Assembly: GCA_964016885.1 (NCBI GenBank)
Contig: OZ024741.1
Span: forward strand, 230,516,001-230,580,000
Direction of reading: 5' to 3'
Length of the DNA: 64,000 nt
From: Eledone cirrhosa
Taxonomy: Eukaryota
Shown piece by piece: positions 1-18,359 of the stretch (positions are counted from its first letter, which is position 1; the number at the start of each line of letters is the position of its first letter). A program made the translations under genes and the position numbers. Below the pieces are notes generated by a model that was not told the origin of the DNA, did not search any database, and worked only from the letters and a program-made list of their open reading frames with translations.

Positions 1-31
1 ATATATGTATATATATATAGATAAAGATATA

Positions 32-73
<42 letters not shown>

Positions 74-150
74 TAGATAGATATATAGATATATATGTGT
101 GTGTGAGTGTGTGTGTGTATGTGTGTGAGTGTGTGACTGTGTTTCTGTGT
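1..150. repeat. Compound (AT)n/(AG)n/(GT)n microsatellite
   Basis: Directly visible dinucleotide runs. Confidence 0.95.
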
Positions 151-440
151 GTTTATCGTAGGCCACCTTCGTTCACGAATGACTATGGTTTTGCACCTGG
201 AAATTTACTCTCTACGGCACAAACCTGGGCCAGGTAAGTTTGTAGGAGACCAGCATTCACCTTTCCATGCCAGTCTTCCTTCTCCACACCACGGAAGTTG
301 TCCAAAGAAAAGGCAATGGCTGATAGATCTTGGAATCTCTGATGTCAGCTTTGATGGATCTTGGGAATATTTTAAAACCCATCTGTATAGAGTTGAGGCT
401 GCTGTAATTGGTATTAAGAAGACAAAACACAGATAAAGTT
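151..440 (-). mobile_element. Short non-autonomous RTE-related retroposon (RTE-type 3' end)
   Basis: Minus-strand end ...ccatagtcattcgtgaacgaaggtggcctacgataaac has the same terminal stem-loop layout as the RTE ends at 5247 and 5689. Boundaries approximate. Confidence 0.4.
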
Positions 441-2290
441 TTGAGGATAATGATGCTACATTCACCATGCTCTCCACAATGAAGAGAACAAGCTGAATGA
501 TCAGTGGTTTTTGCCGAGGGCCCAGTAAGGACCACTATTGAGAGAGCCTCCAAAGGGTCAAATTCAAAACTGAAATGTAAAACAGGAAATATGAAGAATA
601 ACTGCTGGTCTGATATTTCAGCAGAGATGCAGAGTGCTTATAACTGCAGAGACGTGAAAGCATTATACAGTACAATAAGGCACGTTTTGGTCCACAGCCC
701 TCAACCATCGCACTATTGCAATCAAAAGATGGGAACGTCCTCATTAAGGATACAGCAGGAACCATAAATCGGTAGACAAACACTTTAAAAGGTCTTTTAG
801 ACAACCCATCTATAGTTGAGGACGAAATCATCAATGGATGGCTGCAAAAGGACACTGTAACGGAGATGATGAATTATCCAACCATTGATGAGATAAGGTC
901 TACTATCAAAGAGATAAACATAGGGAAAGGACCAAGTTTGGATGGAATACCTATTGAGCTGATCTACTTTGGAGGAGACAATGTTTGTATGGCCTTTCGT
1001 GGGCTAGTCTTATCTCTATGTACCACAAGAGTGGGTAGATATAATTTTGCATCTGATTTACAAAGGCAAGGTCACCAAGACCGAATAAGGTGATTATCGT
1101 GGTAAAAATCTGCTCGAGTCTGTAGGAAATGTCTTATTCCAGATCAAGCTGAATTGTCTGACAAAATGCATCTGCCCTAGTGTCATCCCTGAGACCTAGT
1201 GTGTATTTAGAGCTGGGTAGGTTACTATGTACATGATTTTCTCAGCCCGTCAGCTTATGGAGAAATATGTTGAGCATCACGTGCCAATATAACAAGTATT
1301 TCTTGACGTTACCAAAGTCTTCGGTACTGTTATTCGTAGTGCATTCTGGTTCATATTAGGAAAACATGAATGTATTTTGGGAGATATTCAAAATATTCCG
1401 TCAAAATATGAAAGCAAAAGTGAACTTCAATGGGACCCAGAGCCTGTTACTGTGGAAACCGACGTCAAGCAATGTGACATATCTGCATCTTCTCATTTCG
1501 CTATCTACTTTTCCCTGCTGCTGGCATATGTCTTCCAATAGTTCGAAATCGGTGTATACTTGCGAATTAAAACCGCTGGCAATGTATTTAATCTAAGATG
1601 GTTTAACACATTTGGCACTCCTGTTAGTAAAGTCTTGTATGATGATGCTGCAGATTTTGTGGCACACACGGTAGAGTATATGCAATTGATATGTGGACAA
1701 CTTCTCTAACGTATACACTGTTTAGGGAATACATTTTAGTATAAAAAAGAAAAAAGTCATGCACAACCCAACAGTTGGTGAAGTGTACGTGGAGTCAGAC
1801 ATTTTCGTGAGAGGATCAAACATCAGGTGGTGAACAGTTTTGTGTATCTTGGAAGTGCACTTAGTAGAGCTAGTACTCTTGATGTTGAAATAGATCACAG
1901 GATTGCGAAATCGAGTAGTGCCTTAGGGAAGCTTAAGAGGTGAGCTTGGTCAAATTAGGGTATCACAGGTAACACAAAAGTCTCTGTGTACGGGGTCTGT
2001 GCTAGTACAGTCCTGTTCTACGGATACGAAACGTGGACAACTTACAGGCATCACCTCAGTCAGATGGAAATATTTCATCAGCATTGTATCCGAAGTATCC
2101 TGAACATGAAGTTACAGACCAGATGCTGCTGTACTTGAGAAGGAAGGCAGCACCAGTTTTGGGAGGAGTGATATTATGAACCAGATGAGTTGGGAACGTC
2201 ATGTGATCAGAATGGAAGAGAGAAGGCTGCCTAAACAGTTATTTTATTGGGACCCGACCAGATGAAAAACCACAGCATAAACCAGAATAC
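440..2290 (+). mobile_element. Degenerate RTE-clade LINE, RT region (many stops and frameshifts)
   Basis: Fragments KGPSLDGIPIELIYFGG, DYRGKNLLESVG, LYDDAADFVAH, FVYLGSAL, LFYGYETWTTYRHHL parallel the better preserved RTE at 5689-8686. Confidence 0.85.
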
Positions 2291-3555
2291 AGGGACATAG
2301 AGCACCTCTTCTTGAAACATAAGCAGGGTGGCATTGGCCTAACATCTGTTCAGACAGTATTTGAGTGTCGCAATATATCCCTCCGACAATATCTACGAAC
2401 CTCCGAGCGTAGGTGCCTATCTATTGAACAAGTATGTCTGCATGAAACAGATAAGACCATGAGAGTTGAGAAAAAAAAATATACTTCCTGCATGGTAATC
2501 AGAAACTCACACCCTAGGAAATTGCCCAGCAATACCGCAGTGAATTCATGGAGGGAAAACTGTATGCTTATCATGCATGGGTATTTTGCCATGGATATGT
2601 TGCCTGATAAGCAAAGTAGTCTATCTTGGACCAGCAACCACTATATTGGCTGTCACTTTGAAGGATACGATTTCACAATCCAAGAACAGGAAACCAATAC
2701 GAAATAACTGATTCACAAAAGAGATGGAATGCACGCAAAACACTTAGATGTAACAACAAAATGTTGACACTGCAGAATTAACATCTAAGATGTCAACCAT
2801 GTCATAAGCAGCTGTTCAGAGATGTAATCAGGGTAGTATCTACCTATGAGGCATGATGAAGTGGCCAAACAACTATACAATACAATCTATATTAAAAGTT
2901 ACAGCAGTGTGGATGACATATACATACATAATATGAAAGAGTGCTTGTGGAATGTTCCAGTCAAACGCCTCCCAAAATGTAAGAATAATAGACCAGACTT
3001 AATGATATGGGACAGGGAAAAGAAGGCATGCGCAGTAGCGGAAGTAAGCTGCCAAGCAGATGCCAATATAATATTAAAGATTAACGAAAAGGAGAATATT
3101 TATGCAGAACTAATGAGAAGTCTGCAGATACTCAACCCTGACTATACCTTCAGATTTATGCCTGTGATTATTGGGCCACTGGGATATGTTAGTAACTGCC
3201 TCAATACAAATCTTGAGAAGCTAGGCTTCACAGGAACAGAAAGAACACAACAAGTTAGGAAATTACAAGTACAATCCATTAATGGAACAGTAAAAATATG
3301 TAAAACATTCCCAAACTTCTGCATCTAATAACTGCATATACACATGTACAGATACAAACCATATGCACATGCACACATACAGCTCGAGACATATACATAC
3401 ACACATACAATAACATCCATACTTGCACACACATGCATGCATGCAGACATACATACATATCTACCTAGTTGATGTTGTGTAAATTCCAATGAGAGAGTCT
3501 TGTGTCTATGTTAGAAACCGACTCTCTCTCTCTATTGGCAAAAATTTGTGAAATT
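2290..3555 (+). mobile_element. 5'-truncated R4/Dong-like non-LTR retrotransposon (CCHC + restriction-like endonuclease), degenerate
   Basis: KQGGIGL thumb motif, FTIQEQE, a decayed CxxC-H-C knuckle, MRHDEVAK, NRPDLMIWD..AEVSC, K...Y, PVIIGPLG (ORF 2846-3328). Confidence 0.8.
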
Positions 3556-3595
3556 ATAGTGGGACCAGAAGAAGATACAAAAATGCATACATACA

Positions 3596-4533
3596 TGTTG
3601 ATTGATACTTCTTGTCAGAAGAGTGCCATCCCTTCATCGTACATTGTACGATCATGTGCATGCAGATGACTTTTCTGACACACTTTTGTTTTGCAGATAC
3701 GTTCACAGATGTGACACTTAAACTGTCTGTCTCCCTGTGAAACCGGCTGGGGTGTGTTTTTATGCATTTTACCATGTCTTGTCAGACCGCCCGTTGACCT
3801 GCTAATTATGCAAATATGCCGTGGAGTGTGTGGCTATACAACCATCTCACAGTTGGCTCGATTTATTCTTGGCTCGTAGGATTTCAGATGGTTAACAAAA
3901 CCAGCTCGTGTTAGATGAAATCGGCCACATACATTGCATCTCAATTCCTGCTGGATTTATGCAGGCATTGTACTTGAGTCCCTGCTTATGAAGGGAATTC
4001 TTCAAAACAGCATGCTCCACTCGCTTTTTCTCAAAGACATCATATTTATATTTGATCATCTTTCTCCATGATGTACGGCCTTCAGCCAATCTCCCAGTTC
4101 TTCATATCAATCTTCAAAGATTTAAGATTGTCTTTTATGACATCCTTAAACCACTTCTTTGATTTATGTTGTGGCCTTTATCCTGTAGTCAGCTCCCCTT
4201 AAAACAGTTGTTTAAGCAGCCCTCCATCTTCCATCCTGGCCACATGACTAGGCCAACGCATCCGGTTCATAATAATCCTCCTCTCAATACTGCTGATATC
4301 CGCTTTCTCAAATACCGCAGTATGAGGTGTGTAAGAGGACCACTTGATATTCAGGATGCCTCGTATATAATGCTGATGAAATCTTTCCACGTCCTGATAT
4401 GATGCCTGTAAGTTGTCCATGTTTCGCATCCATATAGCAGGGCTGTAATAACACAGACCTCATACACAGTGAGCTTTGTGTTTTTCGTGATACCCTGATT
4501 TGACCAGACTCGCTTCTCAAGCTTCACGAAGGC
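3596..4533 (-). mobile_element. RTE-clade LINE 3' fragment
   Basis: LLYGCETWTTYRHH, ERFHQHYIRGILNIKW, RMRWPSHVARMEDG. Flanked by (TACA)n at both ends. Confidence 0.85.
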
Positions 4534-5246
4534 ATACATACATACATAATTTTGTTCGTCTTTTCTCAACATCTCATCAATCATTCCTGCAAGTCAACAC
4601 TATCTCCTGTGCTTGGAGGTGACTTTTCAATACAATAACAAAAAGCTCCTCCCAGCAAATGGCAACACTCTAAAATAGTACTCACCATAAGAGGTGACTG
4701 CTAACACATGTACTACATATCCCCAGTGGGCGAAACTACAGAAGTGACAGTATTTCATTGGCGCAAATTCATGTAATATTCCAATAACTGAAAGAAAAAA
4801 AGCCCAATGTCTGTATGACGCCAAGGTTTCAGATTCCTGGATTGCATTGAGTGGAGAGATAGAATGACATATGAGGTGCTTGCAAAAGAGATATGTACAT
4901 CAAAGATTATAGTGACAAACGCTTGTATACGACGAATGGTACTCTATAAACCTTAGCGATTATAATCTGTTGAAAAGCTTAAGCAAGATGACCATTAATC
5001 ACGTAAACCGCGGGTTTCACTTCAGTGTTTTCCTTCTCTTACTAGAATATAGTAACTGCTGTTACTATATTCTACTAAGAGAATGTTATGAGTCCTAAGT
5101 TTTTTTAGGTAATTTATTAGGAAATATATTCTCATTCTCTCAACCATCCAAGCAAAAATGACCTTACATACATAATACATTCATACATACATACTTACAT
5201 ACACACACGCACACACGCACATACATACATACATGCATATATACAT

Positions 5247-5654
5247 GGTGGCTGCCAACTCGTTTTCGAGTACGGCCACTACTTTATATCCATGTAGGAG
5301 AACCCCTACTGATGCGCTGAACGAGTGTGACTTTTTAGTCCAGCCATCGATTTGAAAACTCTGGTACAAACACTACACTTGTGACAATTACTGACACATA
5401 GTGCTGGGCTCATGGTACCATGTGACGACAAGTGCAGAGAGATCTCCAGATATAAAGCAATGCCTGTGCCGTGAAGCTTTTATAGTGAGCAAGGGCATTG
5501 CACAAAGCCAGTCCCACTCTCTTAACCAAGATGATATTTACCAAAAAGAAGAACACGTCAACATCATTGGATACCATCAGGGTTGCAGGTGCTATATCAA
5601 AGTTTTCCTTCTCCTAGAATTCTGCCTTGACAAATGCTAAGGGGTCATCTCTCC
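5247..5654 (-). mobile_element. Bipartite non-autonomous RTE-derived element (SINE-like), about 410 bp
   Basis: 3' end agtggccgtactcgaaaacgagttggcagccacc resembles the RTE 3' end at 5689-5720. No coding remnant. Bounded by (TACA)n on both sides. Confidence 0.55.
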
Positions 5655-5731
5655 ATACATACATTCATACATACATAGATACATACATGATGGCTGCCCC
5701 TTCGTTATCGAGTATGGCCATTGCACGAGGA

Positions 5732-5778
5732 GAAAGAAAAAAAAAAAATAAATAAATAAATAAAAAAAAAGAAAAGAA

Positions 5779-5821
<43 letters not shown>

Positions 5822-6001
5822 CATACATATATACACACACACACATACATACTCACACACACATACATTAATAACAATAATAATAATAATAATAATAATA
5901 ACAATAATAATAATAACGACAACAACAATAATAATATACATATACATATATATATACACACACACGCACACACACAAGCATATCTACACACACACACACA
6001 C
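5732..6001. repeat. Stacked microsatellites (A/AAAT, AT, CA, AAT/AAC) inside the RTE 3' UTR
   Basis: Directly visible, lying between the RTE stop (6010) and its 3' terminal stem-loop (about 5700). Confidence 0.9.
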
Positions 6002-6516
6002 GATAGCAACTAACAGCGCTGCGATCGAATGTGGCTTTTTAGCCCAGCAAATGATCTAAAATGTCTTGCACAGAGTCGGAAACCAAAACATTTACTGGAA
6101 ATAGTCGGCTGTGGTTGGAGTTCGTGTACTTTTGCATGTCGCTTGAGCGAATGTAAATCCTGCTGATTTACATTCTCTACCACATGTTTGGCAAGCATGA
6201 TGAGTAGCATCTGCAACAGCAGCCTGGTAGTCAACCACTGGTCTTACTTTATGACTGCGAAGATGACTTTCGAGTCCAGCTTTGCTTAGGCAGAGTCTCG
6301 CACATACGCTGCATGTCAGCACCATAGGAGGACCCTCGCCGTCTGGAAGTGCAACAGCAATGCCCTTCCTCACATCCCGCTTTACTTTCTCGTATGCGAT
6401 ACGAGATGCCCCAAAGGCAACTTTTCTCTCATATACAGTCTTACTCCATTTATTACGATCAGCAGCAATATTCTCCCATGTATCAGCAGAGATGTTAGCG
6501 TCTTTCAGAGAGGCTT

Positions 6517-7743
6517 TCAAGGAATCCTTATACCTCTTTTTTGGGTTATGTGGCGGTCGTTTTCCTTTAACCAACTCTCCATAAAAGAGTTGTTTGGTAT
6601 TCTAGAATCCTTCATCCTGGCAAGGTGACCACTCCAACGGAGTCGTTGCTTAAGCACAAGAGCTTCTATACTGTCACACATAGAGCTTTCCAAAATCTCG
6701 ACATCACCGATGTGGTCCCTCCAGTGAACGCCATGGATCCGTCTGAGACACATCTGATGGAAACGCTCCAATTGCTTAAGGTGGTGTCGATATGTGACCC
6801 AGGTCTCGCAGGCATAAAGAAGACAAGAGAGCACACATGCCCTGTACAGCTTTGGCCTCCTGCATATGTCTCGCCGACCCCAGAGTCGCCTATCTAGCTT
6901 TCCGAAAGCATCACTTGCTTTCCTAATCCTAAGTGAGATTTCACTGTTAAGGTTGCTGTATCGATTGACAGTGCTTCCCAGGTAGACAAACTGATCAACC
7001 ACTCCAAGTCGTTTGCCATACACATAGATGTTTGGTTCAGTGTACTGCTTACCAGGGGCAGGTTGGTACATGACGACGGTTTTCTTGAGACTGACAGTCA
7101 GACCTAGGGCAGTGCAAGCGTCAGAAAATGCATTCAAAATGTGCTGCATATCACTCTCTGTGTGCGCTACAAGATCGCAATCATCTGCATACAAGAGGTC
7201 TCTTATGATTGATGTAAATACTTTTGTCTTCGCAGCAAAGCGCCTGATGTTAAATATGCTGCCTGAGGTTCGATATCGGATGTAAACACCATGCTCGCAA
7301 TTCCTGAATGCAATACAGAAAACCATTGCAAAGTATATGGCAAACAGGGTCGGTGCTGGAATATCCCCCTGTTTCACTCCATTTTTTACTGAGATAGGCT
7401 CCGACATGTTACCCCCGACATTAACCCAAGCCTTCATGTCGTCATGGAAAGACCTAACTAAAGCAAGGAACTTATCAGGGCAACCAAGTTTCTGGAGAAC
7501 CTTCCCCAATGCATCTCTGTTAACAGTATCGAAAGCTTTTGTCAGATCGACAAAAACCTGATACAGATCCAAGCCTTGTTCCATGCACTTCTCCTGGAGC
7601 TGTCTAGCTGAGAAGATCATATCAGTAGTGCCGCGTCCAACACGAAAACCAGATTGACTTTCAGGAAGGACACAATCTGCAATGTGTGTCAGCAGACGGT
7701 CCAGAAGCACCCTACATAAAACTTTCCCTACGACAGAAAGCAA
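6517..7743 (-). pseudogene. RTE reverse transcriptase core (open 408-aa segment of a disrupted ORF)
   Basis: RT motifs including YADD. Upstream stop and downstream frameshift. Confidence 0.9.
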
Positions 7744-8686
7744 TGATATACCTCTGTAGTTCCCACAATCGTTCCTGTTACCCTTTCACTTGTACAAGAC
7801 CACCATTACTGCATCTCTCCAGTCCTCAGGTACGGATTCATTAGCCCATATCCTGCCAAACAAAGAGTGAAGATGTTGCAGGAGTCTATCACCACCATAT
7901 TGTAGGACCTCAGCATGTATGCCATCCATACCTGGAGATCTTCCACTGTTCAGCTTCGAAATAGCCACTGCAACCTCCATAAGCGTCGGAGGTTCTGCGA
8001 GAGCTACTTTCACAGGACTTTCTGGAATGAGATTGAGGAAATCTTCACTGACGACAGACGGCTGATTCAAAAGATCATCAAAGTGCTCTCGCCACCTTCG
8101 TAGAATTCCTTGTGAGTCACGAAGAAGTTCTTTGCCATCCTTGCTGCGAAGCGGTGTCACCAGAGGAGAAGACGGTCCATAAACCTCACACAAGAGACTG
8201 TACAACAGCTTTATGTTATTGGAATCAGACGCAGTTTGTATCTCACCAGCCTTTTCACTCCACCACTGATCCTTCATCTGAGAAAGACTCCGCCTAACAC
8301 GTGGTTTTACATCCCTGAGTTCCTCATGCAACGTATTCCTCTCCTGTGGTTTTGCCGTCAAGTAGCGTGACAGAGCACGCCTCTTATCAGCCAACAAGTC
8401 TTCTATATGTACATCATTCTCATTAAACCAGTCCTGATGTTTCCTCTGCGCCAATCCCAGAACACGCCTGCCTACATCATAAACCGACTGTTTAAGGGTC
8501 GGCCAACCCTCACCAAGATCTGCAGCCTGCATCTCTTCTTCCAATGTCCTCTTCACATGTTTATCCTTAAGACGAGCAGCATTCAATCTTTTGGGCAGGG
8601 CAACACCAGGAGCCCGGATTTTACGTTTAGTGATTAGTTTCACTTTTGCGCGTACCAGGCGGTGGTCCGTCCAGCACTCAGCTCCA

Positions 8687-8761
8687 CATACATACATACA
8701 TACATACATACATACATACATACATACATACATACATACACACATACATACATACATACAT
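8687..8761. repeat. (TACA)n microsatellite at the RTE 5' truncation point
   Basis: Directly visible. Confidence 0.95.
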
Positions 8762-9399
8762 AGCCGACGTAATTCGGCAAATTCCGTTTATCGAGTTCCA
8801 CTCAATATACATTGCACAAACGTGATGCTATCGGCAAACGATATAAAGATGAGTGAGAATAAACAATTCCCATGTTTTTTTAAATGTCCTTAATTTTAAT
8901 TGTTCTGTGTGAGGAGATTAGTAAAGTTTTCATAAATAATAGTTCTTAAAACCTCAATTGTCTTGGCTGCCTCCTTCTAAAGTACTTGAACTAAATTGAG
9001 TTTCATGATGAAATACAATTACCACTTGATGATACATCATTCGATGTGTCTGTTTTGTTCAACAGCTTTTCTCTTAGTGACTAACTATAATATCCTGTAG
9101 TTCTTACAATTTTATATATTTCATTGGTCTTATTTCGAGCCTAGAAAAGAGATCCATTACAATTTTAAGTTAACTCCACGGTTTGCTTTTTAGTAAAATA
9201 TTTTACAATGAGGCTATTTCAGCAAATCATTATGAAAATAACATAAAATGTCGATGGAAATTTTGTTCAAGATACTATCTTCTCTACGATTTAATCTTCA
9301 TTGCTCACAGAGTTGGTTTCAATAAAAATTGATACATTAAGCACAACACCAGTAATTCTGGAGGTAGGGGCAAGCCGATTATAATACGTGACCGGTATA

Positions 9400-10360
9400 T
9401 CTTTTTGTCGAACCTGCAAGAATGTAAGGCAATTTTTACTTTGGTGGATTTAATCTCAGAACCGAAAGTGCCAGAACATGTCCTGCTACGTATTTTGCCT
9501 ACTGTCTAATGATTCTACCTACCCACCATACTGTGAGTTGGTGATGATGATGATAAACGGTGAAAATAAAATATCTTTTCTTTAATCTCCATGCTACCTT
9601 GTTCCTCGTCTAAAAGGGCTCAAGAGAGCAAATGTGATGTTGCTTTGTGTGTGGACAACTTTTAAGTTTATTTCAACTCAGAAATGTATTTTTTACTTAT
9701 ATTCTTTCATGATTTGGTCATGAGGAAAAACAGTTTCCATGACCATTTAGTGAGATTCAAAGACTGATGAATTGAGTAAAGGTCTTCAAAACAATGAATG
9801 TTTGCAACAGAAAGGACGCCAATAAAATCCTCCAAGGCGCTGGTGGTTGTCTCAAATTAAGCAATGAGTTAAGTCTTCCACTCAAACAGGCTATTGCGAG
9901 ATTTGAACTCAAAATGCAATGCGTCGGATCAAATTGTGGATTAGAAAACCAGAGACTGGTATGTCTTTTGTGTTGTTCGAAGATGGATGCAAGGCAAAAT
10001 TTGACATGGTGGAATTTGGCTTGAGAATATAGTGAACTAGAATCAATAACATAATATATTTTATCCACCTTTGATAATTTCCCGTGTAATGTTGACACCT
10101 GGATTTTTCAGAATTACAAAATATACCATAGCAAGCCAAGTAGGCTATTGATGGATTTGAACTGAAAGCTCAAACATTCAGAACAAAGATTCGCAATGCA
10201 TCCCTAACCATTCCACTAATTGACTGCAATGTACTGGTACGTATTTATAAATTCAAGAAAGATTGAAAGAAAGTTTACTTTGTTGGGATTTGAACTCAGA
10301 ATGCAAAGAGCCTGAATTTATTACGCAAGGCTTTTTGTTCGATACTCTAACGCTTCTACA
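9400..10360 (-). mobile_element. Cluster of decayed tRNA-derived SINE heads
   Basis: Repeated (g)atttgaactc(ag) at about 9447, 9900, 10154 and 10287, which reads as a B-box GAGTTCAAAT on the minus strand. 10235-10360 resembles cephalopod tRNA-SINEs as I recall them. Confidence 0.5.
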
Positions 10361-11425
10361 TTGAGCCAAGGTATTTATCAATTTAATAAAAATAAGTTCT
10401 CTATGGTTAATTATGTGAAAATTAATGTAGATGAGTCAACACTTAATAGGGGTACCAGTAAACTATTTTAAATGTTAACTTCCTACATCCCTTAAACCTG
10501 CATTGGCAAGACATTCTTGAAAAGTACGACACAGTAATATGACTGCATACAATTAAAAGTCTGGAAATTTTCACAAGAATCTATCCATTAGTAAATATTC
10601 TATAAATATTGTGAATACACAAACCCATTTTCGATAACCTCCTGATAAATAATTACTGTAGGTTAAGGGATAAAGTTTGTCTGTATTTGTCTGTAAAAAT
10701 ATAAAAACAGCCGTAAAGTATTTCAAGGAGCGCCTTCGAGGAAGTTGACACTTCAGCTCACATTGTCCCATCCCACGTAGTTCTTTAGTTAATTTTAAAT
10801 AATCATTTATAGTGACCAACATCTCATTTGAGTTATGTGTATTGGCACGACTGCATTTCAACATACCTCTTTATTTTTATGATATTCTAGGCGTATAGGC
10901 CCACACTTTTAGACCTTTAAGCTAACATACATTAAAAGTTGACACATACAAGTATATATATCTATATGTATATCTTGGCCTGTTATAATTAATATCTTCC
11001 CCTTTTTTCCTAATAAATGCATCATAGCTGCTTCCCTTAGATTGTTATGCCCTTTTGTAAGCGTCAATTTTATTTTACAAATTAGAGCTAACTGAAATCT
11101 ATCGTTCTAAGTGATGCTCTCATACGTATATTTGTCTCTCCTGAAAAGGAATAGATATTCCAATAATGATAATTTTCGTTCGCTGCCGTATAATTTGGAC
11201 TAACTTCTAGCAAAATCAATATAAACAATTTTTCTTCTTTGAAGATTCTTTGTAAGTATCACTCATAACAATATATATGAGTGCGTACACACACAAATGT
11301 ATGTGTGAACTGTTATTTTGCTATTGAGTAGTTGAAACACCGTGTAAGATGTAAATTTGTCTTTGAATGTATTACTTTCTCCTCCATGTATCTGCTTATA
11401 TATATATATATATATACATACATAC

Positions 11426-16994
<5,569 letters not shown>

Positions 16995-17964
16995 ATATAT
17001 ATATATATATACATTTCATTCTTTTCTTTTATCAGTTTGAAAAAAATATGCCAAGATGTTCATTGAAATAGCCGGTGCTTACTTACCTCCTCTTCTCTGA
17101 CGCGTGACACCGAAAGTGGAGCTTACTACTGTAATCGCGATATCATACCAAGACACAAGGTTCGTACTGACCTGTTTCAGAAGTGTCTAACTCCTTGCTA
17201 ATGAAGTTGCCCTTAGCCAATTATATACTGCTTAATAGCATTACCTAATTCTGGGCATGAAAAAAAACATAATTTTATGAGAGAAATAAAAATAGAAAGT
17301 AAATACAGGAGAAACTTAATTTTACATGCGAGGGAAAATGCTACATAATTCAAGAAAATAATTTGTGGTGGATTATTGGATGGCTTCATTGATAATTTGT
17401 TGGTTATATTGCTCGATTTTTATATGATATTACAAGTTAACAAATATATAAGTATAGTAGCGATGTTTTGTCTTTGATAATTTGGCGGAGAAACTGCTCA
17501 CTATCATCCTGATGTTCATATCTGCATCTTGGGTGGTGCAGAGATATTCGAAGATCAGTTTGATGATACCGGATAGTAAAACACATTTATCTTGTTGGCA
17601 CGTTTGACGTGCACATGTCAATAAGGTAGAGCATATCTCGATCAGATGATCTGAAGCTCTATCTGCAATTTGGAATTGTCTTCATTTCTATTATGTGAAC
17701 TCTAAATCTCCCCAACGCAGATTGAACGCAATATAGTACGACAGATCTTCGAACAGACTTGTGTACCTGCTTGGTCAGCAACCTGTAGCATGTTGTCTCT
17801 CTGCATCACAATCTTATAGCGGTATCTGCTTTAATGCTTTATCCACGTAGTCATATGATACCCAGTTTGACAGCGATTCTCAACATATCGGCGTTTCCTC
17901 ATGATTTGCCCTGGATTTGCGAGCAACACAAATGGCATTGCTGGTCTCCGATGGCTTTATTATC

Positions 17965-18270
17965 TAGAGAACTAGTGAGTAGGAAACCTTAGGAAAGAAG
18001 ACGGGACACAGATTCCTTCAATGAAGTGACTCTGCTCAATATGTAGAAAAAGAGTAGGTATAAACTCAATACGATGTACACAATGTAAATCTTCGGTAAA
18101 CAAATGATGTAGTGGGATAACGGTTAGACTTTGCAGGTAAGCGATGCACAGGGATAATCGGGGAGAAGAGCGTTAGTGATTAAAAATATTTTCCAGTTAC
18201 GGGGAGCCTCCATGGAAATTATTAATAGCTTCTGGTATCTAGGTGAATTAATTAGCAACAGATCCGGGGG
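17965..18270 (+). mobile_element. RTE-group LINE fragment with a PHD-like Cys-rich insertion in the RT
   Basis: Translates as LCSICRKRVGINSIRCTQCK...CSGI, followed by MEIINSFWYLGELIS (RT domain 7-like). Confidence 0.6.
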
Positions 18271-18359
18271 CACTGGTGGTTCATCCTCCTCCATTGCATA
18301 GAAGTAGCGAGCCCACGTTTCTAAAATGGATGATGGAAGTTCAAATCTGTTATACTATA

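Larger units (their letters stand above)
5689..8686 (-). mobile_element. 5'-truncated RTE-clade LINE (end of EN, RT, C-terminal C2H2 fingers)
   Basis: ORFs 7786-8757, 6517-7743, 6092-6574 and 6010-6234 contain WTDHRLV, SPGMDGI, PESQSGFR, FVDLTKAFD, GVKQGD, LLYADD, RLRWSGH and C2H2 motifs. Premature stop at 7786 plus frameshifts. Confidence 0.95.

Noticed and set aside
4640-4760. PPSKWQ..IRG..MYYISPVG, faintly like a methyl-CpG-binding domain
   Set aside because: Short, contains a stop and lacks supporting context. It needs an HMM hit to be credible.
8760-11390. Low-repeat stretch as possible host exons
   Set aside because: Only short ORFs with no recognisable domain. A small exon cannot be excluded without RNA-seq.
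17430-17955. Possible antisense RT remnant forming a second inverted LINE with 17965-18270
   Set aside because: The similarity is too decayed to support by eye.
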